Below, in pieces: positions 49,301 to 62,676 of a stretch of 64,000 nt of DNA. The notes under the pieces were generated by a model. The model made no database searches and was not told the origin of the DNA. It saw nothing but the letters and a program-made list of their open reading frames with translations. The translations under genes were made by a program, and so were the position numbers. Source of the stretch: Macrostomum lignano (lineage: Eukaryota); assembly GCA_002269645.1 (NCBI GenBank), contig NIVC01001600.1, positions 186,001 to 250,000 on the forward strand. Direction: 5' to 3'. Position 1 is the stretch's first letter, and each line of letters opens with the position of its first letter.

Positions 49301-52300
49301 ATGTTAAAGGGATTAAATATTCGAAAAACATGCTTTTTTGCAAAGGTCAAGCAAAATTTTTGACTTGAAATGCATTGTAAGAATGCTAGAGAAAAAACTG
49401 ACTGGCTGAATTACGATTGTGATAAAGATTGCATCACAACAAGTTGAAAACAGTGCCACAGAAACGCACACAAGACTTCATTTAAATTGCGTAACCATAT
49501 TGCTAACTTAAATTCAGACTGATACTGGCTGACTGAGAAATTGATTATGTCATAACTTTTTACTCTAACCGACTTGCTATAAGTATTGAATTATAAGGGC
49601 CACAAGTCATGTTCTCCAATTGAAAAGAGATAGCCGGATGCAAACAGACTGGAATGCTAATGTAGCGACCTTGGTTCGAATCTTAGTAGTAAAAAATGTT
49701 TTTTTTATTAAAACACCTTAAAAAACACAAAATTCTAAACATTAAAGAGCCACCATTTCAAACCTAAAAGAGCCACCATGTCAAACATTAAAGAGCCACC
49801 ATTTCAAACCTAAAAGAGCCACCATGTCGAACATTAAAGAGCCACCATGTCGAACATAAAAGAGCCACCATATCAAACATTAAAGAGCCACCATTTCAAA
49901 CATTAAAGAGCCGCCATGTCAAACATTAAAGAGCCACCATTTCAAACCTAAAAGAGCCACCATGTCGAACATTAAAGAGCCACCATGTCGAACATAAAAG
50001 AATTACCATGTCAAACATTAAAGAGCCACCATATCAAACATAAAAGAATTACCATGTCAAACATTAAAGAGCCACCATGTCGAACATTAAAGAGCCACAA
50101 TGTCAAACATTAAAGAGCCACCATTTCAAACCTAAAAGAGCCACCATGTCGAACATTAAAAAGCCACCATGTCAAACATTAAAGAGCCACAATGGCAAAC
50201 ATTAAAGAGACACCATTAAGAACATTAAAGAGCCACCATGTCAAACATAAAACAGCCACCATTTCGAAAATTAAAGAGCCACCATTTTAAACATTAAAGA
50301 GCCACCTTGTCAAATATTAAAGAGCCACAATGTCAAACATTAAAGAGCCACCTTATCAAACATTAAAGAGCCACCATGTCGAACATAAAAGAGCCACAAT
50401 GTAGAACATAAAAGAGTCACCATGTCAAACAGTAAAGAGCCACCATGTAAAACATTAAAGAGCCACCATGTCGAACATAAAAGAGGTACCATGTCAAACA
50501 TTAATGACCCACCAGGTCAAACATGAAAGTGCCACCATGTCAAATATTAAAAAGCCACCATGTCAAACATTAAAGAGCCACCAGGTCAAACATGAAAGTG
50601 CCACCATATAAAACATTAAAGAGCCACCATGTCAAACATTAAAGAGCCACCAGGTCAAACATATACATGACTTCATGTCAAACATTAAAGAGCCACCATG
50701 TCGAACATAAAAGGGCCACCATGTCAAATATTAAAGAGCCACCATGTCAAACATTAAAGAGCAACCAGGTCAAACATGAAAGTGCCACCATGTAACACAT
50801 TAAAGAGCCACCATGTCGAACATTTAAGAACCACCATGTCAAACATAAAATAGCCACCATGTGAAACATATAGGTGACTCCATGTAAAACATTAAAGAGC
50901 TACCATATCAGACATATACATGACTCCATGTCAAACATATACGTGACTCCATGTTAGACATTAAAGAGCCACCATGTCGAACATTAAAGATCCAACGTAT
51001 TAAAAATACAAGAGCCACCATGTCAAACATATACATGACTCCATGTCAAACATTGAAGAGACACCATGTCGAACATAAAAGAGCCACCATGCAAAACATA
51101 AAAGAGCCACCATGTCTAACATTAAAGAGCCACCATGGCAAACATATACATGACTCTATGTCGAACAATCAAGAGCCACCATGTCAAACATATACATGAC
51201 TCCATGTCAAACGTTAAAGAGACACCATGTCAAACATTAAAGAGCCACCATGTCAAACATTTAAGAGCCACCAGGTCAAACATGAAAGTGCCACCATGTA
51301 AAACATTAAAGAGCCACCATGTAAAACATATACGTAACTCCATGTCAAATATTGAAGAGACCCCATGTCAAACATTAAAGAGCCACCACGTCGAACATAA
51401 AAGAGCCACCATGTAAAACATATACGTAACTCCATGTCAAACATTGAAGCGACACCATGTCGAACATAAAAGAGCCACCATGTCGAACATTAAAGAGCCA
51501 CCATGTCGAACATAAAAGAGCTACCATGTCAAACATTAAAGAGCCACCATGTTAAACATAAAAGAGCCATCATGTCAAACATATAAGTGACTTTATGTCG
51601 AACATTAAAGAGCCACCATTTCTAACATTAAAGAGCCACCATGTCCAACATTAAAGAGTCACCATGTCAAAAATTAAAGAGCCACCATGTCTATCATTAA
51701 AGAGCCATCATGTCAAACATTAAAGAGCTACTTTGTCTAACATTGAATAGCCACCATGTCAAACATTAAAGAGCCACCATGTCAAACATTAAAGAGCCAC
51801 CATGTCAAACATAAAAGAGCCACCTTTTTGAACATTAAAGAGCCACCATTTCGAACATTAAAGAGCCACCATGTCAAACATAATAGAGCCCCCATGTCAA
51901 ACATAGAAGAGCCCCCATGTCAAACATAGAAGAGCCCCATGTCAAACATTAAAGAGCCACCATGTCCAACATATACATGACTCCATGTTGAACATTCAAG
52001 AGCTACCATGTCAAACATATACATGACGCCATGTCGAACATAAAAGAGCCACCATGTCGAACATTAAAAAGCCACCATGTCAAACATTAAAGAGCCACCA
52101 TTTCAAACCTAAAAGAGCCACCATGTCGAACATTGAAGAGCCACCATGTCGAACATTAAAGGGCCAGCATGTCAAATATTAAAGGGCCACCATGTCAAAT
52201 ATTAAGGAGCCACCATGTCAAACATTAAAGAGCCACCAGGTCAAACATGAAAGTGCCACCATGTCTAACATTAAAGAGCCACCATGGCAAACATATACAT

Positions 52301-55300
52301 GACTCTATGTCGAACATTCAAGAGCTACCATGTCAAACATATACATGACTCCATGTCAAACATTAAAGAGACACTATGTCAAACATTAAAGAGCCACCAG
52401 GTCAAACATGAAAGTGCCACCATGTAACACATTAAAGAGCCACCATGTCGAACATTTAAGAACCACCATGTCAAACATATACGTGACTCCATGTAAAACA
52501 TTAAAGAGCTACCATATCAGACATATACATGACTCCATGTCAAACATATACGTGACTCCATGTTAGACATTAAAGAGCCACCATGTCGAACATTAAAGAG
52601 CCAACATGTTAAAAATACAAGAGCCACCATGTCAAACATATACATGACTCCATGTCAAACATTGAAGAGACACCATGTCGAACATAAAAGAGCCACCATG
52701 TCAAACATTAAAGAGCCACCATGTCAAACATAAAAGAGCCACCTTTTTGAACATTAAAGAGCCACCATTTCGAACATTAAAGAGCCACCATGTCAAACAT
52801 AATAGAGCCCCCATGTCAAACATAGAAGAGCCCCCATTTCAAACATAGAAGAGCCCCCATGTCAAACATAGAAGAGCCCCCATGTCAAACATTAAAGAGC
52901 CACCATGTCCAACATATACATGACTCCATGTTGAACATTCAAGAGCTACCATATCAAACATATACATGACGCCATGTCGAACATAAAAGAGCCACCATGT
53001 CGAACATTAAAAAGCCACCATGTCAAACATTAAAGAGCCACCATTTCAAACCTAAAAGAGCCACCATGTCGAACATTGAAGAGCCACCATGTCGAACATT
53101 AAAGGGCCACCATGTCAAATATTAAAGGGCCACCATGTCAAATATTAAGGAGCCACCATGTCAAACATTAAAGAGCCACCAGGTCAAACATGAAAGTGCC
53201 ACCATGTCTAACATTCAAGAGCTACCATGTCAAACATATACATGACTCCATGTCAAACATTAAAGAGACACTATGTCAAACATTAAAGAGCCACCAGGTC
53301 AAACATGAAAGTGCCACCATGTAACACATTAAAGAGCCACCATGTCGAACATTTAAGAACCACCATGTCAAACATATACGTGACTCCATGTAAAACATTA
53401 AAGAGCTACCATATCAGACATATACATGACTCCATGTCAAACATATACGTGACTCCATGTTAGACATTAAAGAGCCACCATGTCGAACATTAAAGAGCCA
53501 ACATGTTAAAAATACAAGAGCCACCATGTCAAACATATACATGACTCCATGTCAAACATTGAAGAGACACCATGTCGAACATAAAAGAGCCACCATGTCA
53601 AACATTAAAGAGCCACCATGTCAAACATAAAAGAGCCACCTTTTTGAACATTAAAGAGCCACCATTTCGAACATTAAAGAGCCACCATGTCAAACATAAT
53701 AGAGCCCCCATGTCAAACATAGAAGAGCCCCATGTCAAACATAGAAGAGCCCCCATGTCAAACATAGAAGAGCCACTATGTCAGACATTGAAAAGCCACC
53801 GTATCAAACATAAAAGATACACAATTTCAAACGTAAAAGTAAGCGAATTTAAAGGAGCCGCTATAATGCTAAGGAAATTGTCGCACTAGCTACTTATTGT
53901 CTGGTGGATGCTTGCTATTTGGGGATGCTATCTATCTCGGGGATGCTTGCTATCTGGGGGATGCTTGCTATCTTGGGGATGCTTGCAATCTGGGGGATGC
54001 TTGCTATCTGGGGGATGCTTGCTATCTGGGGGATGCTTGCTATCTGGGGGATGCTTGCTATCTTGGGGGATGCTTGCTATCTGGGGGATGCTTGCAATCT
54101 GGGGGATGCTTGCTATCTTGGGGATGCTTGCAATCTGGGGTGATGCTTGCTATCTGGGGGATGCTTGCTATCTGGGGGATGCTTGCTATCTGGGGATGCT
54201 TGCTATCTGGGGGATGCTTGCTATCTGGGGGATGCTTGCTATCTGGTGGATGCTTGCTATCTGGGGGATGCTTGCTATCTGGGGGATGCTTGCCATCTTG
54301 GGGATGCTTGCTATCTGGTGGATGCTTGCAGTCTTGGGATGATTTCTTTTTGCAATGCACTTCATTTGAGCAGTTTGTCTGTTGTCTTTTTGAAGGATTT
54401 TTGGCTGTCTTTTTGTTACTTGTAGAAAACAGAGATTCTATCCAGATGTCCCCCATCGGGGGGCGAAGATTGCTAGTCTAACCCTATCTGTCTTATATCT
54501 AACCCTATCTGTCTGATATCTAACCCTATCTGTCTGATATCTAACCCTTTCTGTCTGATATCTAAGCATGATATCTAACTCTATCTGTCTGATATCTAAC
54601 CCTATCTGTCTGATATCTAACCCTATCTGTCTGATATCTAACCCTATCTGTCTGATATCTAACCCTATCTGTCTGATATCTAACCCTTTCTGTCTGATAT
54701 CTAACCCTGATATCTAACCCTATCTGTCTGATATCTAACCCTATCTGTCTGATATCTAAACCTATCTGTCTGATATCTAACCCTATCTGTCTGATATCTA
54801 ACCCTATCTGTCTGATATCTAACCCTATCTGTCTTATATCTAACCCTATCTGTCTGATATCTAACCCTATCTGTCTGATATCTAACCCTATCTGTCTGAT
54901 ATCTAACCCTATCTGTCTGATATCTAACCCTATCTGTCTGATATCTAACCCTTTCTGTCTGATATCTAACCCTGATATCTAACCCTATCTGTCTGATATC
55001 TAACCCTATCCCTTTGACATCCGCTTTAATGACAGTCCTTTAAATGACGTCAGCACATCTCATCCATCTATCCCCATCGCCTGCACTCACCCGCATCCCT
55101 CAATATATCCAGAAATTTATGAAACCTCCTAAAAGAAGTCTCAATGCTCTCCAACAGTTCCTCATCCTGCAGGAGGCTGGCTCCGCCGCCCCTGCCAGCC
55201 TCCCGGATCCGCTGCTCAAGCTGACGTTTCAACGCCGAATTCTCCGCCCGAAGTCGGCGAGCCTCTTCGTCGGCACGCTGTCGACAGGCCGACTCGCGAC

Positions 55301-58300
55301 GGAGCCGTCGGCGCTGATTAGCCAGCTCGATTTTCAGCGCCTTGATGGCGCTAGGCGCCGGCGGCGCCTCCTCCATCTCCTTGACCAGCGGGGACACCAC
55401 CGTGGCGTCCTCCTCGTCGCCTGACTGCTCATCGTCGATGTCTACAAAATTGTCGTCCTCATCGACAATCTGCTGGCGAGGTCGGAGAGGCTCGTCCAAA
55501 TCGGCTGCAGTTCTGGGCGTGGCCATGGGGCTGGTCTTCTCCTCCAGATGGCTCTTGCCCGGCGTGTGGTTGCTGGGGTAGCCTGGGATGGGAAAGTTGA
55601 TGATGAAGAACTCACGATTCTCAGATTTTCAGGGCACGGATACTGTATGGAGGCACATAGTCGATCGTACGGCCCACGTAGCTACAATTGAAATCGTGTG
55701 AAACCCATGTGAAATCGAATTAAAATAAGCAACCGGAAGTAGGAAATAAACTAAGCAACCGGAGGTAGAAACTAAACTAAGCAACCGGAAGTAGGAACAA
55801 ATTTAAGCAACCGAAAGTAGAACTAAGCTAAGCAACCGGAAGTAGGAACCAATCTAAGCAATCGGAAGTAGGAACCAATCTAAGCAACCGGAATTAAGAA
55901 CCAATCTAAGCAATCGGAAGTAGGAACCAATCTTAACAATCGGAAGTAGGAACCAATCTAAGCAATCGGAAGTAGGAACCAATCTAAGCAATCGGAAGTA
56001 GGAACAAAACTAAGCAACCAAAAGTAGGAACCAATCTAAGCAATCGGAAGTAGGATCGAAGCAGCCGGAAGTAGGAACAAAACTAAGCAACCGGAAGTAG
56101 GAACCAATCTAAGCAATAGGACGTAGGAACCAATCTAAGCAACCGGAAGTAGGAACTAAACTAAGCAACCGGAAGTAGGAACCAATACAAGCAATCGGAC
56201 GTAGGAACCAATCTAAGCAACCGGAAGTAGGAACAAAACTAAGCAACCGGAAGTAGGAACCAATCTAAGCAACCGGAGGAAGAAACTAAACTAAGCAACC
56301 GGAAGTAGGAAAAAATTCAAGCAACCGGAAGTAGAACTAAACTAAGTAGCCGGAAGTAGGAAATAAACTAAGCAATCAGAAGTAGGAACCAATCTAAGCA
56401 ACCGGAAGTAGGAACTAAACTAAGCAACCGGAAGTAGGAACCAATCTAAGCAACCGGAAGTAGGAACCAATCTAAGCGACAGGAGGTAGGAACCGGCTTC
56501 CTAATTAACGCGCGAAGAACAGGAAAAATGAGAACCAGCAGACGAGAACCAGAAGTAAAAGAGCGCTCACCCTTGTAGCGCGAGGCACGCTGCGCCGTGC
56601 GCCACGGAATACCGACACGCCTGCCGCTAGAGGCGCCGCCGCCTCTGTGCCCGTCAGCGGTAGGCCAAAAGGCCTCCGAGCCGCCATAGTAGCCTTCGCC
56701 TCCGCGCGGCTCAGCGCTGCGACTTCGCAGTCTGCTGACGCCCGCCGGACGGAAAGCTGGCCGGCCGGGCCGGACAGAGCGACTCGTCTGCGGCATTTGA
56801 TGTCGCCGCCGCCTGCCTTGAAGATCAAAAGACGCCGCCGATGCGCCATTCTGAGCCGACGATTCCACAGGCTCCAATTTCTGCCATTTGAATTCGGAGT
56901 CTTTTCCGTCGCCGTTAACAATTACCTGAGCGCGGCAGGTGTTGGGGAACAATTACGTGTCATCACAGGTGCTAATTGGAGGTTGTAAAAAAGTAATTAA
57001 TTACGAGCTAATAATTAAAAGGTTGTAAAGATAACAGGAACAAAGTTTGAGAGTCAATTAAAATACTTAATTTCACAAACCTTATCCAATTTATAGACAC
57101 AAACTTGAACACTTAATAAACCAACCTAAACAGATTGATAACCACAAACTTCAAACCGATTGATAAACACAGACTTCAAACCGATTGATAAACAGAAACT
57201 TCAAACCAATTGATAAACACAAGCTTCAAACCGATTGATAAACACAAACTTCAAACAGATTGATAAACACAGACTTCAAACCGATTGATAAACAGAAACT
57301 TCAAACCAATTGATAAACACAAGCTTCGAACAGATTGATAAACACAAACTTCGAACAGATTGATAGACACAAGCTTCAAACCGATTGATAAACACAAACT
57401 TCAAACAGATTGATAAACACAAGCTTCGAACAGATTGATAAACACAAACTTCGAACAGATTGATAGACACAAGCTTCAAACCGATTGATAAACACAAGCT
57501 TCAAACCGATTGATAAACACAAACTTCAAACCGATTGATAAACACAAGCTTCAAACCGATTGATAAACACAAGCTTCAAACCGATTGATAAACACAAGCT
57601 TCAAACAGATTGATAAACACAAAATTCGAACAGATTGATAGACACAAGCTTCAAACCGACTGATAAACACAAGCTTCAAACAGATTGATCAACACAAACT
57701 TCAAACAGATTGATAAACACAAACTTCGAACAGATTGATAAACACAAACTTCGAACAGATTGATAGACACAAGCTTCAAACCGATTGATAAACACAAACT
57801 TCAAACCGATTGATAAACACAAGCTTCAAACCGATTGATAAACACAAGCTTCAAACCGATTGATAAACAAAAGCTTCAAACAGATTGATAAACACAAGCT
57901 TCAAACAGATTGATAAACACAAACTTCGAACAGATTGATAAACACAAATTCAAACCAATTGAGAAACACAAACTAAACCGATTGATAAACACAAACACAG
58001 AGAACGATAAACTTCAGGCAGCTAATAAACAAATCAAGTGTTTCGGCTTCACCCTCACCTGCTCAGTGAGAGCATGCAGCAGATCCTTATCAATAAGGTG
58101 ATTCCGTCGCAAGTCCAGCACCACCAGAGTCGTATTCAATTTGAGCACAGCCAGCAGACTCTTGGCTCCCGCATTTCCAATGCCGCAGCCCTGCAAGTCG
58201 ATCGCTTTGACCCACAGGTCGTCTTTAAGTGCGTCGGCCAACACCTGAGCGCCCTGGTCGTCAATTAACGGATTATTGTTCAACGCGATTCGTCTCAGGC

Positions 58301-59351
58301 CGTGCATGCTGTCGAAATTCGGTCGTCGGTAGCGAAGGCTGTCGCGCCAGGCCTCGTTGTGCCGACTGGTGGCCTGCGGTTGAGAAGTGCAAAGTGGGCG
58401 TGTTAGCTGTACATGTGCATAAAAAATGATTATTACAGGCAGCTATAATGCGCAGATGTGCAACCGACAGCTCAGCCGCAGCCATTGCGCGGCGCATCTG
58501 AAGGCTGCGTACGGCACCAACAACCCCCAATTACCCCAGCTAATGCTGGCACCCATTTTACAGCTGGGTGAATTGAAGCGAAGCAAGAGTTAGGTGTCTT
58601 GCTCGAGGACACAAATTGTTCCGAGTGGTTCAAGAATCGAGCCTCCGACCTTCCAGTTGTGAGTCCGACGCTCTAACCTCTAGGCTCCATTCCTCAAATG
58701 AAATGTCAGCAATTCATTACGATAAACACGACAAAGACAACAAAAAACTACCTGAAAGCCAATAAGTCTGCCCAGTTCGTCCACAGCGCGCCAGGTAAGA
58801 CCATTGCCGGACAGATTCAAGAAAGCCACATTGCCCGCGTGACGCAACGCCCTGCACAGGTGTTCAACACCAATATCGCCGATCTTAGCTGACTCCAAGG
58901 ACAGACTTTTTAGCGTGGAATTTGCGGCAATGCCGCGACCCAGAGCTGCCGCGTCGCGTTCTCGAAGTCGGATGCCTTCGAGTTCCAGACAGCCGAGAGC
59001 CTGCGTGCCCGACAGACAGTCGCGCAGGCTTAAGCAGAGTCGGTAGCTGATCTCCTTGCTGCAGACTGCCGGTTGCTTTCGCGATGCTCTCTGCTGCTGC
59101 TGCTGCTGCTGATGGTGATATTGACTACGAAAAGCAACGAATTCAAGGCTGCGATTGAGTCGCAGAGCCGACAGAACTGGCGCCCAATCGGCGTGGCGGA
59201 TTCTGTCGGCGTTGATGTCGATGACGCCTTCGGCTAGGTGAGCTTTCACGGAGGGTAGCGGGGCGCTGCTCTGCAGAGCGCAGAGGTTGTCATAGTAACC
59301 AGAGAAATCTACAGCAGCCTGCTGGCGTCGGACTACAGACTGGATTACCAT
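46304..59351 (-). CDS. CEP78: Centrosomal protein 78 (LRR-containing), ~882 aa
   Basis: Exons 59351-58752, 58373-58059, 56925-56571, 55582-55091, 48592-48173, 46770-46304 with consistent phases. DFSGYYDNLCALQSSAPLP, NADRIRHADWAP, WRDSLRYRRP, DDLWVKAIDLQGC and GIPWRTAQRA match CEP78 as recalled. Confidence 0.93.
46808..48160. repeat. 21/23-bp intronic minisatellite CCCAGTCCCAACCCAGAGACA(CA)
   Basis: Direct repetition in the last CEP78 intron. Confidence 0.98.
48631..49151. repeat. 21-bp minisatellite CTAACCCTATCTGTCTGATAT, left half
   Basis: The same unit resumes at 54477 after the Helitron. Confidence 0.97.
49735..53810. repeat. 22-bp satellite ATGTCAAACATTAAAGAGCCACC inside the Helitron
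   Basis: About 4 kb of tandem units with variant blocks repeated at ~0.9-kb period. Confidence 0.97.
53905..54340. repeat. 20/21-bp minisatellite GGATGCTTGCTATCTGGGG inside the Helitron
   Basis: Direct repetition. Confidence 0.96.
54477..55010. repeat. 21-bp minisatellite CTAACCCTATCTGTCTGATAT, right half
   Basis: Continuation of 48631-49151. Confidence 0.97.
55725..56490. repeat. 26-bp intronic minisatellite AAGCAACCGGAAGTAGGAACCAATCT
   Basis: About 29 units in the CEP78 intron 56570-55583. Confidence 0.96.
57125..57985. repeat. 25-bp intronic minisatellite TTCAAACCGATTGATAAACACAAGC
   Basis: Direct repetition in the CEP78 intron 58058-56926. Confidence 0.96.
58452..58690 (-). mobile_element. 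tRNA-derived SINE with a CORE/MIR-like central domain, in CEP78 intron 1
   Basis: Minus strand: A-box-like TGGAGCCTAGAGG and B-box-like GGCTCGATTC. Plus strand CCCATTTTACAG...GAGTTAGGTGTCTTGCTCGAGGACAC resembles the MIR core CCCATTTTACAG...GGTTAAGTGACTTGCCCAAGGTCAC. Second copy at 46012. Confidence 0.75.
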
Positions 59352-60475
59352 TGGGAACTGGGGCTGTTGGGGATGTACAGGAATGGGCACAACAATTTTG
59401 GATGCAAATCATATTGAAAATAAAAAAGTTTGTTTTGCTAAATGAATATGCTTAGGTTATTTGTTACATTTTGATATTTACCTAATAGATTTTTTAAAGT
59501 TTAAATTAGATAAAGGTATAAATATTAAGATTAGGCTCTCAAAAAAAAGAAAAAAAATTGAGTCAGTCCAAAATATGCTCATCAACTTTATAATATACTT
59601 TTTCAACTTGATTCTGTTAATATTGCTTCAATATTTTCTTATTCCTAAATAATTTCAGATAATTTTAATGTATATCTTTGAATTAAAATGCATATTAAAA
59701 TTTCTGCATATAATGATATAATACCATGGTATTACAGTAAATAGAACATTTCTACTACTATGGCTTATGCGTCATAGCCAAAAAATATTTTTTAATAGTT
59801 TATCAGATCAGAGCACTTAATTATATACATTATGAGAATTTGTTGTTTAGACAATAAATCTATATTTATTATGCGCTTCTTTACAACTGAAGACACTACT
59901 AGATTTGGATTAGCAAACAAAATACTTCAGACTGTAATTTATTTTGTATGAAAATACATTTTCGCTATACAGAGATTTCTCTAAAAAGTGTCTATTCAAA
60001 CTTAGCTAAATAGCTAATTACAAGCAATCGTAAAAAGGCACAATTCTTTACTCTACAAACATACTTTTTATTTAATATGACGAACACAGCACTTAAAACC
60101 AGCCTAGAACTGCATACTAAAATATACTTTGACTGGTAAAAAATTATCATAAATAATATAGGAATTCGCAAGAGGATTGAAAATGAATACTGATACAATT
60201 CTTAGACAAAACTAATATATTTACTATACTTCTTTAATTTACGAGCTATAAATAAAATGTTTAAACTGGCATAACTAACAAAAACAAAAGTTAAAAAACT
60301 GTTAAAAAGTTTGAATTTGTTTTTCTCAGTCAAAGCTAGCGATATTTTTTAACGTTTATTTAGAAATTACATTTTTCCAAGACACAACTTCCCTCTTATA
60401 GGATTTTTTCTGCCAGTGAATCGTCTAAATTATTATATAATATTTCTAATTATTCTACTTAAAGGGGTTTTTGAA

Positions 60476-61490
60476 ATGTCTGACCAGAAGCCAATTTTGC
60501 CTCCAAAACCAGGTGAGTTTTCAATATTTTGCGTTAAGTTCATTGCAATTTAATCGAAGCAAACAATGAACAAAATATCATTTACGAATTCCAATAAACT
60601 GAGTCAGAGTCGTGCATATTTAAAAAAAAGTATTTCGTACGATTCTGTCGGGTGTGTAATATTTAAAAATTGTTATTAGGTGAGAAATATTTTTAGTTAA
60701 GTGCCCTTATTCTAATGTTTAACATATTATATTTCAACATTTTCCATTTGTGTTATCGGCTGATCTATTTATATCTAAAGGCAGCGTAAAATTCCATTTT
60801 AATTTTAGGCCAAGTTCGTGTCATCAAAGCCCTATACAATTATGCTGCTCAAGCTGTATGTATTTCTAATACTTTCAACATTTCATTATTATAAAATGAT
60901 AGCTTAATGTCATAGTGATAATAAAACAATTAATTAAAAAAATGTTACCTTGATTTTGTGGCCCATTTCAGAAAGATGAACTGTCATTTGATGCAGGAGA
61001 TATTTTGTACCTAGTAGATAGCACTAACAAGGACTGGTACACAGCTAGGTGTGGCTCCTCTGTAGGCCTCATTCCTAGCAACTATGGTAAGTTTTGACAT
61101 TTCTTTAATTGCAATTTTGAGTAAAGAATATAGATCTCAGCATCAAGTATGTACTTTTGCCATTGGAAGATGCATCATAGTATGCCAGTGAATGGAATGG
61201 AAATACAAGAATAGGATAAAAGTAACTAAAAGTAGAGTAAAAGTAAAGTTTAAAAAATAAAAATTAAAAGTAATTTTGTAACTGTAGGGTAGTCAATAAG
61301 TGGCTAATAAATATTGTAAAAAAAATTCATGATCTTCAGTTGAAGAGCAGACAGAGGCAGTGCCGCAGCCGATGCACTCTGCTTGCCAATATGGAAACCT
61401 GACTTTCCTTGCCGAACTAATCGATAACAAGGTAATAATTATAAATTAATTGTATTTTACTTTGTAAAATTGTCTTTTATCTATCGCATG

Positions 61491-61543
<53 letters not shown>

Positions 61544-62676
61544 TAGGTGTCTGTCAACGGACTGGACGCTGCTGGCAACACGGCGCTGCACTGGGCTAGC
61601 AGGGGCGGTCACGCCGAATGCGTCAGGCTGCTGCTGATGGCTAAATGCGATGCCAACGCTCAGGTGAGAAGGTGTGGGAACACTGAGGAGGGTGTGGGAA
61701 CACTGAGGAGGGTGTGGGAACACTGAGGAGGGTGTGGGAACACTGAGGAGGGTGTGGGAACACTGAGGAGGGTGTGGGAACACTGAGGAGGGTGTGGGAA
61801 CACTGAGGAGGGTGTGGGAACACTGAGGAGGGTGTGGGAACACTGAGGAGGGTGTGGGAACACTGAGGAGGGTGTGGGAACACTGAGGAGGGTGTGGGAA
61901 CACTGAGGAGGGTGTGGGAACACTGAGGAGGGTGTGGGAACACGGAAGAGGGTGTGGGGACACTGAAGAGGGAGTGGGAGCACTGAGGAGGGTGTAGGGA
62001 CACTGAGGAGGGTGTGGGGACACTGAGGAGGGTGTGGAGACACTGAAGAGGGTGTGGGGACACTGAGGGGGGTGTGGAGACACTGAGGAGGGTGTGGAGA
62101 CACTGAGGAGGGTGTGGGGACACTGAGGGGGGTGTGGAGACACTGAGGAGGGTGTGGAGACACTGAAGAGGGTGTGGGGACACTGAGGGGGGTGTGGGAC
62201 ACCGAGGAGGGTATGGAGACACTGAAGAGGGTGTGGGGACACTGAGGGGGGGTGTGGAGACACTGAGGAGGGTATGGAGACACTGAAGAGGGTGTGGGGA
62301 CACTGAGGGGGGTGTGGGACACTGAGGAGGGTGTGAGAACACTGAGCGTGTGTCGATATTAGAAATTTACTTACAAATGCCAACAAAACACCGCTGTCAG
62401 AACAAATCTGGGGACACAGCCCTGCACCTGGCCGCCTGGAAGAGTCACTCCGCCGTAGTCGAACTCCTGCTGTTCGGCGACGGAGCCCAGGTCCGCACTG
62501 GCGTAGCCAATGCCAGCTTGTCGGTGAAGAATCGGCAGGGTGAGACGCCTTTAGCCATGGCCAAAGACGCCGAGGTTAAAGCGGCACTGCTGAGGGCGGC
62601 CAGGCTGCTGGGGAGAACTACCTCAGCCACCGAGGTGACCTATAGCGACTCAGACGATGGAGGCGACTCAGATTAA
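60476..62676 (+). CDS. OSTF1: Osteoclast-stimulating factor 1 (Pro-rich, SH3, ankyrin repeats), 227 aa
   Basis: Exons 60476-60512, 60809-60855, 60972-61086, 61340-61431, 61547-61663, 62401-62676 in frame. PPKPGQVRVIKALYNY, DELSFDAGD...GLIPSNYV, ankyrins GNTALHWASRGGH and GDTALHLAAWKSH, acidic tail YSDSDDGGDSD. Confidence 0.95.
61488..61541. repeat. (TCAA)n microsatellite abutting an OSTF1 splice acceptor
   Basis: Direct repetition replacing the usual polypyrimidine tract before AG at 61545-46. Confidence 0.95.
61670..62345. repeat. 20-bp intronic minisatellite GAGGAGGGTGTGGGAACACT
   Basis: Fills the last OSTF1 intron. Confidence 0.98.

Larger units (their letters stand above)
49152..54476 (+). 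mobile_element. Non-autonomous Helitron (5325 bp) carrying satellite arrays
   Basis: 5' A|TCCTATATACTAAAAATG; internal GGCTCAACCGATTTT motif typical of Helitron-N elements; 3' hairpin GTCCCCC-ATC-GGGGGGC followed by 8 nt and CTAG|T; no TSD; removing it restores the host unit GATA|TCTAACCC. No Rep/Hel ORF. Confidence 0.88.

Noticed and set aside
58620-58690. tRNA gene
   Set aside because: No proper acceptor stem or cloverleaf, and it continues into a SINE body; treated as a SINE head.
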